From Iphione sp. A-MEVVRFRX5 (lineage: Eukaryota), in NCBI GenBank assembly GCA_976226885.1, contig OZ320316.1:57908001-57972000 (forward strand): a DNA stretch of 64,000 nucleotides, written 5' to 3'. Position numbers and translations under genes: made by a program. This document shows, in pieces, positions 27,393 through 40,900 of the stretch. The notes below the pieces were generated by a model. The model worked only from the letters and a program-made list of their open reading frames with translations. It searched no databases and was not told the origin of the DNA. Within the stretch, counting starts at the first letter, position 1; the number at the start of each line of letters is the position of its first letter.

Positions 27393-27520
27393 GCAAATTT
27401 GGGGCTGCAGATAGGCCTCAAAAGTTATTTTCAAATGTTGTAGCGCAAATTTGGAGCTGTAGAGATGCCTCAGAAGTCATTTTCAAATGTTGTAGTGCAG
27501 AGTTGGGTAGGCCTCTAAAG
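27393..27520. repeat. Tandem repeat, 52-bp unit x about 2.4
   Basis: gcaaatttgg.gctg.aga.a.gcctca.aagt.attttcaaatgttgtag occurs at 27393 and 27445, with a partial third copy at 27497. Confidence 0.92.
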
Positions 27521-27554
27521 TAAAATTAGGACAAGCAGGTTCACTCATAACATT

Positions 27555-27692
27555 TTGCACTTTTATGACTCTTACTCATCAAATTGTGCACTTTTTTACT
27601 CTTACTCGTCAAAGTCAGTACTTTTATGACTCTTACTTATTAAGTTCTGCACTTCTAGGACTCTTACTTGTTAAATTCAGCACTTTTAGGAA
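27555..27692. repeat. Degenerate minisatellite, about 30-bp unit x about 4.5
   Basis: Recurring motif (g)cacttttatgactcttactc.tcaaa.t seen four to five times. Confidence 0.85.
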
Positions 27693-27715
27693 ATAACTCA
27701 AACACATCTCATATA

Positions 27716-27812
27716 CTACTCAGTTATCTATAATCAGGACACTTCTGAAATGCAAACAATTTGAGGCAGAACCAAGGGTGTCCGTAATCAGGACATCTGA
27801 CTCTATTTCCCT
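27716..27812. mobile_element. Possible short Tc1/mariner (pogo/Tigger-like) MITE remnant
   Basis: aatcaggaca occurs twice (about 27734 and 27788). The left ...ggacac and right gtgtcc... are inverted, an arrangement resembling subterminal repeats of small TA-flanked MITEs. The termini are degenerate. Confidence 0.3.
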
Positions 27813-30267
27813 TCTGAAATATACATACTTGTACATGTATTTGTTGGTCTAAGAACAACTGCAGTATGTCTGTTTTGACTGTTGGATCAGATGAGTTAAT
27901 CTCCCTAAAGACAATAGCAAACCAGCAGAGTAAAATAATAAATGTTCTGTGGTTGAAGGAAGCGGAGGCTCTGGTGAATTTGATTTAAATATCTTACGTC
28001 CTAAATATGAATTTGTACGTGACTCGCAGCCCAAACATTAAGATGCAATGAAGACTATTGCCTTTTCTTGAAAAAGACTATTGGTATCAATATTATCCAT
28101 TCCGCCTATGACTTAAATTGCCAGGCACCATTGACTACACGGAGGTCGAGTCCTATCAAGTGGCAAATAAAGACATAACAATGAAGTGCATCACTAGAGT
28201 TGGCTTACCCTCTCATGTGCTCATTAAGACGATTAGAGTTGGCGTATATAGATCGCTGTGTCAAGTGCCTCTTACCAACAAAGACTCTTGGAAAGCTTCT
28301 AAGTCATTAGAAGGATCTGGCCCGGTTGCTAATACTCGTGTGGACAACGTCGGTAGTACACTACGCGCAGTGTCTTTTCAGGACTACCAGTCATAAAGTG
28401 AAGTGAAGTGGCAATAATGTAGGCGTATCATATTTAAGGCCTCCAACCACTCACCTTGATGCGACTAATTGTGTTACGCGCACCACTGCAGAGGGAGAAT
28501 GGGCCATGCTTTCAGTGTGGCTCGCGCCTACTACGCCGGCTATTGACGTCGCCTGCAGCCGGTCCCGTCAGCTAACACGGCAGACCGGGACATCACGGCG
28601 GAACGCTGGCTGCCGCACTGACAGCTCCATTTTCTGCAGGTGGTTCCGGTCCGAGTACCGTGGCGGCCGCGGCCAGTTCGTTGGCCGCTTAGCGAAATAG
28701 GCGCTGACAGCGACGAGAGACGAGCGGGTTGTGGGACAGAATAATGAAGAGAGGTGGTGAGTGGATAGGTGGGAGGCGGGGAGGGCCGATAGGGTGAACA
28801 CGGGCCTGGGCATTTTGCTAGGCTTACCAACGGGGAACCACTGCCCCCTTACGGTCCGAACGGGCGACTTCGGCTGGGTTGGGTCATAGAAGGTTTTATG
28901 TAGCCCAATTCCCAGGTGGGCCATCAGTAGCATCCACTGTCTGCCAGGGGCGACTCTACCAACTTAACTGTCTATCCATCATACCACACAAGCAATGCAT
29001 TGTATATACATGTACATCTATCGTTGTGAAAAAACATTGACCGAAGACCATGGTCAAAGTTGTTAAATTAGGACTACAAATTCAAAATACTTATCTCAGA
29101 TTGTATGGATAAACATGTTTCAATTTTCTTGAATATGGATTTATAAGACTATAGAACCACGAGTATTAACGGACGGACATGCGTCTTCATAATTATGCTA
29201 GTATTGCTTAATTGCACATGTCTAAACTCAAGGCAAATAACATTTAATATTTCGTACCTGTTTTAGACTGAATAGACAGCATGGAAGGACTTTTCAATCA
29301 ATACCGACCGCTCAGTCTTTGAGGAAAACATAAAATCGATCCCTAAGTTTTAAAATCATCTTGTGTTTACTATACCCATCTGAACTGACGTGATGTGTGA
29401 GACTGAAACACGCTCTGGTTATTAAATTCAAACAGAAACCCTCTTTATCTTTATCTTTATGATGCTTTAGCAGACCGCTGCTCAGAGATTTCAGTTTGCT
29501 TTCTGAAGATGATCCAAATATTTACTCTGCTACTTAGAGCTATCGCTCTTGTTTAACAAACACTTAATAAACAAACCTCCTGATAATTACCTGGTCTATT
29601 TGCTCTGGGTGATTACATCTCTTTATCCCTCGGTTAAATTTCTTGAGTAAATGATTTTACCGTTTGCGATGCATGGAAGTGGCAATGGGATGATGGAATC
29701 TCTTAAGGCAGACGTAATGCGAAGCAGGAGATTGTCATTTATGGTGATAGACGAAAGTAACGTAACTAAAGACCAATATGGCAAACTGTACGTCTAGACA
29801 ATAATTAAACACTTTGAAAATGATTAGGAAATTAGAATACTCGTTTTCAATGTGTATAATCAGTGTCTAGCATGAGAAAGTCGTAGGAAACTTCATTACT
29901 TTGGCTTTTGTAGGGTCTGTCGAGTTTTCTACTCATATCAGCAGCACCAACGAATAAGGTAAGCAGAATTCACCTAATGACACTAGACCATATTTATTGC
30001 GCCACATTTGTCTCACCTTAGCCCCTTGACATAATACGTGTAGTTTGTTACACGAAATGGAGGGTATTTGCATAGGATGGGCGGTTGGGGAAACGCCAGT
30101 AGAGGTCATTATGGCCACACGAAGCCTCTGACATTCACGCAGGCATCCTATATGCGGCACATCCGGTGTCATCATTAGGACAGCCTAAGCGCCGGTTTCT
30201 CTCAACACCTGCTCCCTGTGAAGCTTCCAAATCAAGCAAGCGAACCGTCAATGCTGTCTGCGTGAAA

Positions 30268-30296
30268 CCCCCCCCCCCCCCCACACACACACACAC
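30268..30296. repeat. Poly-C run followed by (CA)n
   Basis: Directly visible C run of about 15 nt followed by about 7 CA units. Confidence 0.9.
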
Positions 30297-31929
30297 AAAA
30301 TGATAATAATAGAGTATGTTGGGGCCATCAAATCACTAGAGTTTTTCGTCGCTCTTGCACTGCCCAGTAAAGGACCGGATTGTTCCTATAGGGTAGACAG
30401 AGTGAAACGTCTTCGACAGAGCCACCCGAGGCCCACGCCATCCTGCGGCCGGAAACTGGTACAGGGCCCCCTGAGGCCAATAACAAGATAATGACGACAG
30501 AACGCGGCCGTGATCCCTTTCGACGGTTGCGATCTAGGTGTAGGGTCCCGTCTCTCATCAAATTCCGTGCAGTATTGACGATGACGCCACACTTGCTGAA
30601 GATTGCTATAACTTTCCTATGCGACCCTCCCTGTGTCGCCCATGATCAGAAGATGCTCCTTCGTGTCTACCCAGAGCCTACCTGGCATAATATTTATTTT
30701 TATCTCTTTCTACTTCTCGCGGATGAGGTGAATATGAACTAAGATCATGAACACGGTAGAAATGCGACAAACAGGAACCCATTTCCCTCGACTTCTTTTT
30801 TTCTACTAAATTTAACGATAGCCGTCTTACCGTAATGGTCCGTACGAGCCGGATAGAATTTGAAATAGGTCCATCTAAAATTCAGACAATTCCATTCTCG
30901 ATTTCTTTGCTGGTGGCAAATGCAGCAGTAACGGCGTCAGGTTTAATGACAACAATGGCATCTTAATCGCCCAGTAATGAGAGGCACAGGAAAACGAGAA
31001 GAGCCCAAGGCAGAAATGATTATCAACGTGCAATTAGTGTGTGTCAGTTTTTCTACAAACTTCTTTTATGCCGAGAGGGCAATTCATCGTCCCATTACTG
31101 AAGCCTGGCCTTTGCCATTTCAAGGGACCATTCGTTATTCAAACCGTCAGGTGTGGTCTTTCAGACGGCCACCTGGGGTCGCAGGAACTGTCAGTCTACC
31201 CTACCGTCCCTTCCTGCCTATCTAATGGGCTGAACTTCGGGAAATGTAGCTTATGCTAGGAACTGTGGATGGAGCGCTAGCAATATATGTAGATTCTACC
31301 TTATTAGAAAATTGCAAGCTAATTTCTGCAATTCGCCAACACAACAAAGAAAATGTCTTTAGCTTATTCTCTATCTGCTAACCAAATAAAGTCCCATCGG
31401 TTTCTGACTTTATCTTAATTTTCTTAGGTATGTATGGAAAACACGTGAAGCGTATTGTAAATATTGAAGGCGTATTTTAGTAATCCTAATACATGTATAT
31501 GGCAAGGAATGACTTGATTTCTGTGTTGTTGTGTCAACATTGAGATGAGTCATTCGTAATCTGCTGCTGCGCTTTATGGCTTTATGGTAACTCTCTGCCA
31601 CCATGATTTATTGATGCCTCGAATTAGGCACACCTGCCTATCATTTCAACCTAAACCTCTGTTTAGAACTTATTAACACTAACGTGAAAATGATATTGCA
31701 TCGCCTTTCATGTTTAAAATTTTACAGAGTGGATTACAAGAAAAGGGTACAAGGATAACGCCAGGAAACATTTATAACAGTCTTTTGGGATGTAATGCCT
31801 TCCTGAGCGAACTGCAAATATCATCCACCTGCCCTGGAGGAGATGGAGTCGGTGGCTTGGTGTTAATATCCGGCCGACCGAATCTGTCCACCCTTTCAAA
31901 GTCCCGCAACGATTATCTGTCAGTTGTCA

Positions 31930-31990
31930 ACCATTGATTGTGCTGCTGCTGCTGGTTCTGCTGCTCTTGCTGCTGCTACTTCTGCTTCTG
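31930..31990. repeat. Imperfect (CTG/CAG)n trinucleotide tract
   Basis: tgctgctgctgctggttctgctgctcttgctgctgctacttctgcttctgg; reads as poly-Ala, poly-Gln or poly-Cys depending on frame. Confidence 0.8.
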
Positions 31991-34900
31991 GTGTAAACCA
32001 GGAGGGACGCTGGCATCGGCAGAAGGGGCGGGTAGCAGGGGTCGCCTTATTTGGAAACCACTCAAAAGGTGTGGATGCCAGCTTCGGCCACTGGTTGGTT
32101 CTTCTTACAGGCATGAAAGTGGATATATGAGGCGCTTGAACACAGATAAATTCAAATCTTTCACATCTTCGGTATAACCCACTAGTTGTAAAAACATATC
32201 CTGACAACGTCTTGTGACTTTGCCTATTGCAAGCAGGCTTTGTTTGATTTCGTCGTGCATGAAATCATGAAAAGCTGTTCGTTTTGGCCCGTACAAGTTT
32301 ATTTTAATTAAGGTAGTTTACGCGTGGACTAGTTTCATTCATTAATGGTTAATTGTACTTATTACTTTCCCGATGTTTTCCATGCGATCATGAGATAAAG
32401 ATGAATATAATTAGCATGGAGTTTCAATCAATGATGATTGCACTGTAGAAATAATCTCTACCGTGCACAAACCTGCAGGCGTATCACGTGCCGTTAAAGT
32501 ATGGCATAAATTTGGCTTGTCATAACGTTATCTGTTGGCGACAGACCAAGTAATCCAGGGTTCTGGCTCCCGTGCCCGCTAGGAGGCACCACCTATTACA
32601 AGCAAGAAAACCTCAGTGACGTGTGAGTAGGTTATAAACATCCATAGCGAATGGCACGAACAGGCAGAAAAGGGTCACACGTGCAATCGTTCTTTCCGGC
32701 GTGCTCAAAAGCGAAGGGCTTGAGGGTGTCTACAAGGACGCTGCTGTCGTGCTAGATAACTTCACGCAAATAAAAACTGGTAAAACATCGTCCAAATAGA
32801 TACTCATTTACCAAACACAGACCTTAGTTGTCGAGTGTATTCAACAACACGCTTTAAGGTGTTTGGCAGGCAGAAAATTAAAACTTCATTCATATTGAGG
32901 CCAGTACATCCTCACGAAAGCTTGAAGCGTATGCTTTTCTGAAAGAAAACATTCAGAATGAGCTTCTTTAGTGCGTGGATGAATGCACGCAGATCTGCAT
33001 GGCCACGTATACGTTCCACAGTCAATTGGAGAGGACTGAAGAAATATGACTGTTTGAAAAAGGGAGCATAAGCTATTCTCTGTTGTCGGTTGGCTAAAAG
33101 GTCCCCCTCTCCTTCCGCATCCGCCACGCAATGCATTTTGAAATGGAACGTTTTACTCCCGTATGTCTCAAAAAGAGAGAAAAAAGGTCTTCGGCGGCAA
33201 AGGAAGAAGAAAGTTAGAAAAAGTGTAAAAGTCATATATCAAAGATACAAGGGCGCTAAGAAGGCAAAAGCAACCTTTGGAATGGCCGGTTCACATCTGA
33301 AGGTCAACCTTGTCCAAGATCAATGGGACACACGACAAGCATTGATTGCCTGTCCTGTAGGACGTATGCCCTGCTGTATATATGTAAATGAACATCCTGC
33401 AGCGCTGCATTCGCAGTCTAGTACCGTCTGCTGTGTGCCGTCCTGAAACGAGACGCAGCTCTACACAGGACTTCACTGTTTTGAGAGCTGTGCGAATCCT
33501 CTTTTCAGAGACTTTTCTGTTATCATTGATCGTCCTTCCTAAGTTTCTCCCTAAATGATATCCCTGACTCGCATATTTATGAATCAACTACATGCGTGTA
33601 GGAGTTTTCCCTTCGCGGGGGCATTTTGTCTCTGTTTAAAATCATTGAAGAAATATGGTCACTGCCTTCCCCCGCTTAACACGTCCATCGAACATACATT
33701 TGTCCACTACACATTTCAGTCCTCTTCCTCCCCCAAAGTATTCTTTTATATGTGCATACGCAGTGAATATAGCATAGCCTAGATATCATACAGATCGTCA
33801 TGCAGTTCCCATACAATGATCTTTTTCCGGTAGATTGCTCTGCAGTTCCATTGCATAGGGCTTGTTGAACCTATTGAAATACCCAGAATATATGACCTGC
33901 CCGGCCAAGTTTCATTGATCACCATCCCACAGTTGAGAAGTTTTATTCCTTTCACATCCAGTGCCGCCGCGCATCATTGGACATCCTACAGGCACGAAAG
34001 GGTAAAAGGCAACCGACCGTCTCACAAAACCCACCCGCATTTCCCTTTTGGCAAGCACATACTCAGTCCCCTCCAGGCGTGTCGCTTGCCAAAGGTCGTT
34101 GAGGTGGGCTTGTGATGAGTGGTCCTCGTGTGGCTCCGTTAGCGGCCTGGTCGGCTTGAGTCATGACTGTACGCCGATGGGTCCTGCCCTGGAGAAGCCG
34201 ATGATTGGTTACCTGCCGCCTACAGCACCTGTCTCCAGGCTCCCAGTGTGGCCGCGTGATCCCTGACCTCCAGACGACATGGGGTGCAGGCGATCTGTTC
34301 CCCGCCACATTATCCGCCGCTAAGGCGCTACTGAACATATACCGAATGGAGCATTTCCGTCACTGCGCGAGTCCAATTGTTTACCGTATGCGTAAAGTAT
34401 CTAGCCCCCCTCAGCTCGGAAGAAAAAGGGGTTCGTGTGGGAAAACACATAAATCTGTAGGTTGTACTGTCGGAGCATACAATTTCTACCTTTAAGAAAA
34501 GGTGAATAGGAAATAATAATCATTGCAAAGAGGTAACTCATACAACCCTATTCATTTAACTTGTTGCTTGACCGTTATAACCAAACAAGTCACTGACGGC
34601 AAATCCCACTGGCTTTAATGAGTTTAGCCTCCGAGGAGGTAGCGTCTTTGGGGTTGATACAATCAAAGCAAATGGAGATATGGGACCTAGTGAAAGTCCA
34701 TTTCCCTTTCCTACACGTTCCCGAAGGGTTAAGGCTAGGCGTTAGCCCCTCAGACGTTAGTTCGCCGATACACCACGGAATCCTTCTCCAGGGTCTTGAT
34801 AAGAGGCTGTAGGTTGGCGCTCAGGAATGTAGCTCACCATTGTGAAAAAAGGAGGAACAGGTCATAGTGTGCGCTGGACACATTGAACGAGACACAAAGG

Positions 34901-37900
34901 GTACCTGAATGAAAATGGTAGTAGACGGGCTGCCCCAGCCCATTTCTACTAACAACACATTCGTATTGGTCCTGATGTCCCAAGTAATTTATCGATAGGA
35001 TTATTGAGAGGTCACAGTAGGAGTTTGTTGTAGCATATTTCTTCATATTTTACACCAAACAATTATACGATTTTTTTGTCTTCAACCTGAAGGAAAATAT
35101 TTCATTGCAGTTCAGGAGATTTCTAATCAGAGAAATTTGAGGCTGTCTGCTTTAACTTTTCTATTAATCTAAAACCTGCGCAAATGTATGATTTTGCTCT
35201 TTGGATTAGGTTATATATATAATACTAACCAAAGTGATAAATGTTTATGAAAGAACTGCTACAGACCAAACTATTAGCATTAAGCAAATTAATAATTGAA
35301 AGACGGCGTCGCTCTGTCAGCATTCTTATCTCTACTAAAGGATGACCTTGAATCAGAATCTAGAAAGAATCCATGCTGACGCTGCATTTATGAAAAGCCG
35401 GATTCAAAAAGGGAATTCTTGCACTGTAAAACACAAACACTACTATTTGCTTATCATACGTTTTTCATGCGAGGTAGATTCCTAGCGGTAAAACTTAAAA
35501 CTAAGAGCACTGTTTCTCTTGTTTTGTTGCCCTCACAAACACTCATAATGCCATATTGCCACTGCCTGGCACGTACCGAGTGCCTGGGTCTGTATTGTCT
35601 GATTCGCGATGCCGTGGACCGCTTGCTGCAAATACTTCGTGTTGCCTTCAATACCGAATGCACATTACTCAGGGCTTGACTGTTGCTCCGCCGCCACAGA
35701 CGTGAGTAATTGGAAGATGAGTTGTCAAAGTGCCCGGCGGCGTTTCCTGTCGATTATCTGTCAACAGTTGGCAGTTCTGGGCGACTGCACGCATTTCGTC
35801 TTGCTATCATCACTCCATCACCTCATCCCAGGCACCACATTACTCCACCCATCCTTCTTTCTTCACCGCCCTTTTAATACTTAGTGTATCTCTTACAAAA
35901 TATCTTCTTGTTCGATATTGTTGAGCGCTGCTTCCGCATGGACATCTATCTTGTCATCTCGCTATTTATTTTTTCACGCGTTAATTGTTTCTACGGGGTA
36001 TATCTCCAGTCTGATCATTAATTCCGTCAGAAGAGGGCGCATCCTATGAGGAAGTGACGTCACATTGCTGCAGGAGTCGCCTGCCTCGGCTGCTACATTC
36101 TAGGTCCGCGTTGCTGTCGTTGCTCTCATCGCTGCGACTGATAATCGTGTCGCAACGGTGTGGAAGGCAGATCACACGTTTTGCCCGGCGATGCATCCCC
36201 CTCACTGTAATGAAGAAGGCGCCAATATTTACATGCCGATGTCACTTGATGCGCAGGCTGTCGACTACAGGAGGAAAACAAGAGGGTCTGCAGCGACAGG
36301 ATAAACCAATGGGATTTGGTTCTAGTGTACAGTTTTAATCTATGTCATTAACTCCCAAATATTTAAATCAGGAAAGGTAGACCCTGAGACTTCCCGTCCA
36401 GTGATTTGTTTGTCCGAGATGTTAAGCTACGCGATGTGAATACGAACAACCCTTAGATAATAGAATTTCAAAGTATTGTATTTCGAGCCGCTGTTGTTAT
36501 TCGATTAGTACATGTATATCTTATTCGTACATACATGTATACGGTACGCCGCTTTTTTGCGTGATTCTGTGGCCTTCTCATCTCACCTCAGTATTAGGAG
36601 ATTGTAAAAATCTGCATCTACTGAGAAGTGCAGCTGGACGCTCTGCGGAGAAGTTAGACTGAAAAAATGTTTAAGCCAAATACAGGTGGTACTGCGACAA
36701 GCAAGAAAGGCCACCTCCCTACGAACCTAGGGCTTTCTATCATTCAGCACTTCCAGTGGAAGTGATGCTGAAGTGATCTGAGGAATTATCATTAGACAGG
36801 CAGCTTGGCTCTTTGTGTCGCAGGTGCATATCGCCTGGCTCTAGCCGGTCTACGAAATCCAAAGTACAGGTTCGTGTAATGAATATGGACCGTAATTCGA
36901 GGCGTTTGCCTGTGTGTCTGCCTCAGGAGACAAAGGCAGCTCATCAGCACTATCATCGTTGGGTGTGAATAATTTTAGCGTCCTGTTTAAAACGAAAGTA
37001 CCATAGAATTAAGTGCCCTGATATACAACGGTCAGTTTCTCAAAGACGTCATTTTACATGTGGACAACTTTCCAAGGGCTAACCTACAAAAGGTCCATTT
37101 CTTGAGGAAATCAGTGCACGCGTCAACACATATTCAGTGTCTAACTTAAGGGTGGTCGGTCTCTTGACGGTTTACTTGTGAACGGCGATAAAATGTCTAA
37201 CCTATCCATTGAAATAATTTCCTAATTGTTTTCGATAATAAAATGCGGTTTTAACAAATACTTTCAAAGTCAACAACAAACAATAGTAATCAAAGCTACC
37301 CATTTGTAAGAATAAAGTCATCGGAAGAAAGGGAGGTTTTTCTCTCCAATTTGCATGTTCATATATTATAATAGAAATTACAGAAGGATATATATTCCCC
37401 TGAGTACCGGGCCCTTCTAAAAGCCGGGCCTATTCTTCTTTGAAGCCAATGACTTAGTGATTCTGACCTCTGTAAATAGCTGGCCAAGCGCAAAGGAAGG
37501 CAGGCCCGTGGCCGAAGCAAGTCAATCAAAGTACCGGACCATCTGAATTAGCATGATAAAGCCTAGTGATCCCCGTCGATCGCCGGTAGTCGTAATTACG
37601 AGCCCCTGAATGGATTGTTCATTTGATGAAGGAAGCCACCGAATGCGCCATTAGGCCCTCGGCTGACCAATAGCAGCAGCTTCCTTTGCAGTAAGTAAGC
37701 CTCATGAAACAAGGAAAGAGCATTAGTAATTCTTTCCTTGAAAAGTACCACAAAACACCAACCAGTGACCCCTGAAAACCATGGATGTATGTCTGATACA
37801 TTGCGTCTGGAAGCGATGCAACAGGATACGTTGGTGGATTGAATACAATATACTTCACTGCAGTCCAATGCCTGCTAGTTCCCTTTAGAATATAACAACA

Positions 37901-40900
37901 GCCTTTGTTGTCGCAATGCGTCTACGGAGTCAAAGAATAAGGCTAATAATACCAACCGCCCCTGAATTCTTTCAAACCGACTCTTCTTGGAGCTGCTCCT
38001 GGCAAATATTCGTTCTACACGCACAACGCATTTGCTCCCTTTGGTAATACCTTTCTGAAAGATTAGCTTTAGTGGCACGTTTCTCACGGCTGGGAAGATG
38101 TCGCTGGGCTCTTAGCACCAAGAGCGTCTGAGTGACGACAACACTCATACAACGCTTTGCACCTACTTTGCCCAAAGCTTAAGATTCCTATGCTTCCTCC
38201 TGTGTCCGCGGGGTAAGGATGCAGTATTGACCGTTGAGCAATCGTCGACCTGCATCGACTGTCCGCTAAAAGGCCTGAGCCAATGGACTGAAAACCGCCC
38301 TATCTGAGCTGCCAGTAGACAGTAATAATGATGGGTGGCCGAGTGAAAGGACACTGACCATTTGTATCCAATTATACGGATCGTTCCCCCTAATGCTCTC
38401 TTTGTAACACTTCAGGTGGACGGATTAGCGGTTGCCAGGAAGTAGAGCTCGCTACTGCACGTAGGGCATTACATGCTAGAAATAGTCACCTTCGTCTGTC
38501 CTGGGTGCCCGCAGAACCTGGAAATTACCCGTCCCCAATGGCTTAGCCTGCGGTGCATCGGTAGCCTACATTAAGCACATCTAGTTTAATGGTCTGTTCA
38601 CTGGGGCAAATGTTATATCTCCCTGGAGAGTCAGATCCAGACAACCCCCTTGGTGGCCTGCTCCACGCCCACTTTCCGCGTGCTTCTCACGAATACGTAA
38701 CCATTCAAACCATATCGGTACTGATTGTTTCACTTCCATTTGCTCTTTGAAAAGTGTCTAAATATTTTCATTTAAAAAATAATAGTTACCTAGACGTGCA
38801 AACATTTTCAAGTGGAGCATAGGAACAGTAGGATTCGTATAATAACTAACTCAAGGGTGACGCTTACATTGTGCCTAACCAGACAGCACTATATTCAGTG
38901 GATGCCAACGTTAACTGGCAACAGTGCTAGATTACTCTAGTTCTACGTATCCGAATTGACTGAACTTTCAGTACTTTCCGTGTTTTCGTTTTTTTTCAAG
39001 GTTATCTGAACAGAATCTCAAGAGTTACAAAGGCTTTAAATATTGCACGTTTATGTATGAGATGTGGTGGGCGCACGGAGGTGGCTCATGCTATTGCAAC
39101 CTTTAACAGTTATACTTACTTGTGTTATGTTCATTATGAAGACGCAGTTTTACTCAGATTGTTAATATGCCTGCTATGTCAGGGCCAGTGGTAAGACTCT
39201 TAAAAGGATTTGTGAGTTGCTCGCAGCACAAATTGTCTTTGATACGAATACATGTTTTTGAATACATCATATTCACTGCTGTAGTTCATTCGTAAGCTGT
39301 GTGCACGTGTCGTTGATATCAGATTCCATGGTACGAGTATACCATAGAGGAGCATATTGAATTCCCCACAGAAACTGATAGCAATACCTATCACGCTCGT
39401 GCGAACTTTAGATTACAGAGATTAAGTGCAACCACGGAGAATGCTGTGGGTGTTCCTGTCATTGTTATAAAATCTACATAACGTTATGCTGCCTGCTATT
39501 GAAAGCCCTTCGGACGATATCAAGATTGGAGCCTCTGAGTGCCTCACTGGCTCATGGTATGATGAGTAGAACAGGCTCTCCTACTGCAAGAGTCATGGTA
39601 ACTCCGTCGGTCAACTTAAATGCGTCAGGTTGCTTGAAACAATGACACCCATCGCACACAGAGACGTCGATCGGGCACGAGATCACCTAGTTTATCTCCT
39701 AATGGCATTTAATGCACGCGACTGGAGATTGGCCGGGCATGTTATCCACCACTCTATCTGCCATACCAGCCAGGTAAATAAATTCGAATCCCAAGCCCAA
39801 TCCCACCCTCTATGCGGATTGTCGGCTTTCCCATTGCCGACTGAACTCAAAGGTCGTAAGAACACGCGTCAGTGGACCGGGCCGACATTGTCGAAGTCAC
39901 GGGCATTAAGCCACATTATTTTTGGGTCGCTTAGATAGTTGCTCGCTCAATTCTACTTAATTGTGAATTCGGCGCCCAGTAGTACTATTTCACCCGAAAA
40001 TGACGTCGAGCGTTCCAATGGGACTTTATTGCAAAGTAAAGCGAACCGTAATGTATACTTGTACCACTATTGACTGCCATACAGGTCAGGTAGACTGAGA
40101 AATGTCCTGAACACCCATCCACTTCAATGGCAGCTGAAACCATATTTTATTTCCTAAGATAAATAGATCTGTGAATTGTAAAAATGATATAAATTATTTC
40201 TATCCCTAGACACATGACCGCATGAACTCAGCATGACTCTTTCTGAGAAATAAATACTTACTTCCTATTTACTATTGTAAACCAATGCGCATTTTGCCTC
40301 GCTTCTAGCCTTAAATGCACACTTCCTGGAGGGCAGTCATAATCCTATTGTATGGAGAGGAACAAGATCATTTTTAGTGCAAGATCAGGCGGCCATTATG
40401 CCCGAAGGGATGAGTGGATGAATTGATATACAACACCCACAGCTGCGACGCATAGGAAACATGGCCACGAGGGACATGACGAGTGCACAGCCTGTGTGAC
40501 GCGTGGCCATCCGGGTGGGTCTAAGCTGAATTGATCCCATCCGGACGGGTCCATCTTAGGGCCGGATCCGGGACAGATCTGATGTCGGGCGTGGCGGCGT
40601 GCGTTGGACAGCCCCTGGGATCCGCGCGCTGTGGGTTTGGATCCCACCGGGGACGGGAACAGGCCTCCGCATCGCTCAGTGGGCGTCTGCCGATTGAGCT
40701 CACCTATTCTCCTAACCGATAAGGACGACGGTCCAAAGGCCTTGTTGATCGTGACCTGTGTACAGAATGCCTGTAGCAGCCCGCTCTAGACTGCCGGGCC
40801 TACCCATAGATCAAGATAGCAACACCTGATAAAATAGCTTATATCTTTAATCCGAGGGTTTCCATGTGGAATGAAGAACGTTACCTGCTCGCTCAGACTC

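Noticed and set aside
37875-38087. VRVERIFAR resembling the Harbinger transposase VERxxG motif
   Set aside because: No DDE catalytic residues or flanking conserved blocks were found, so the match is too short to support.
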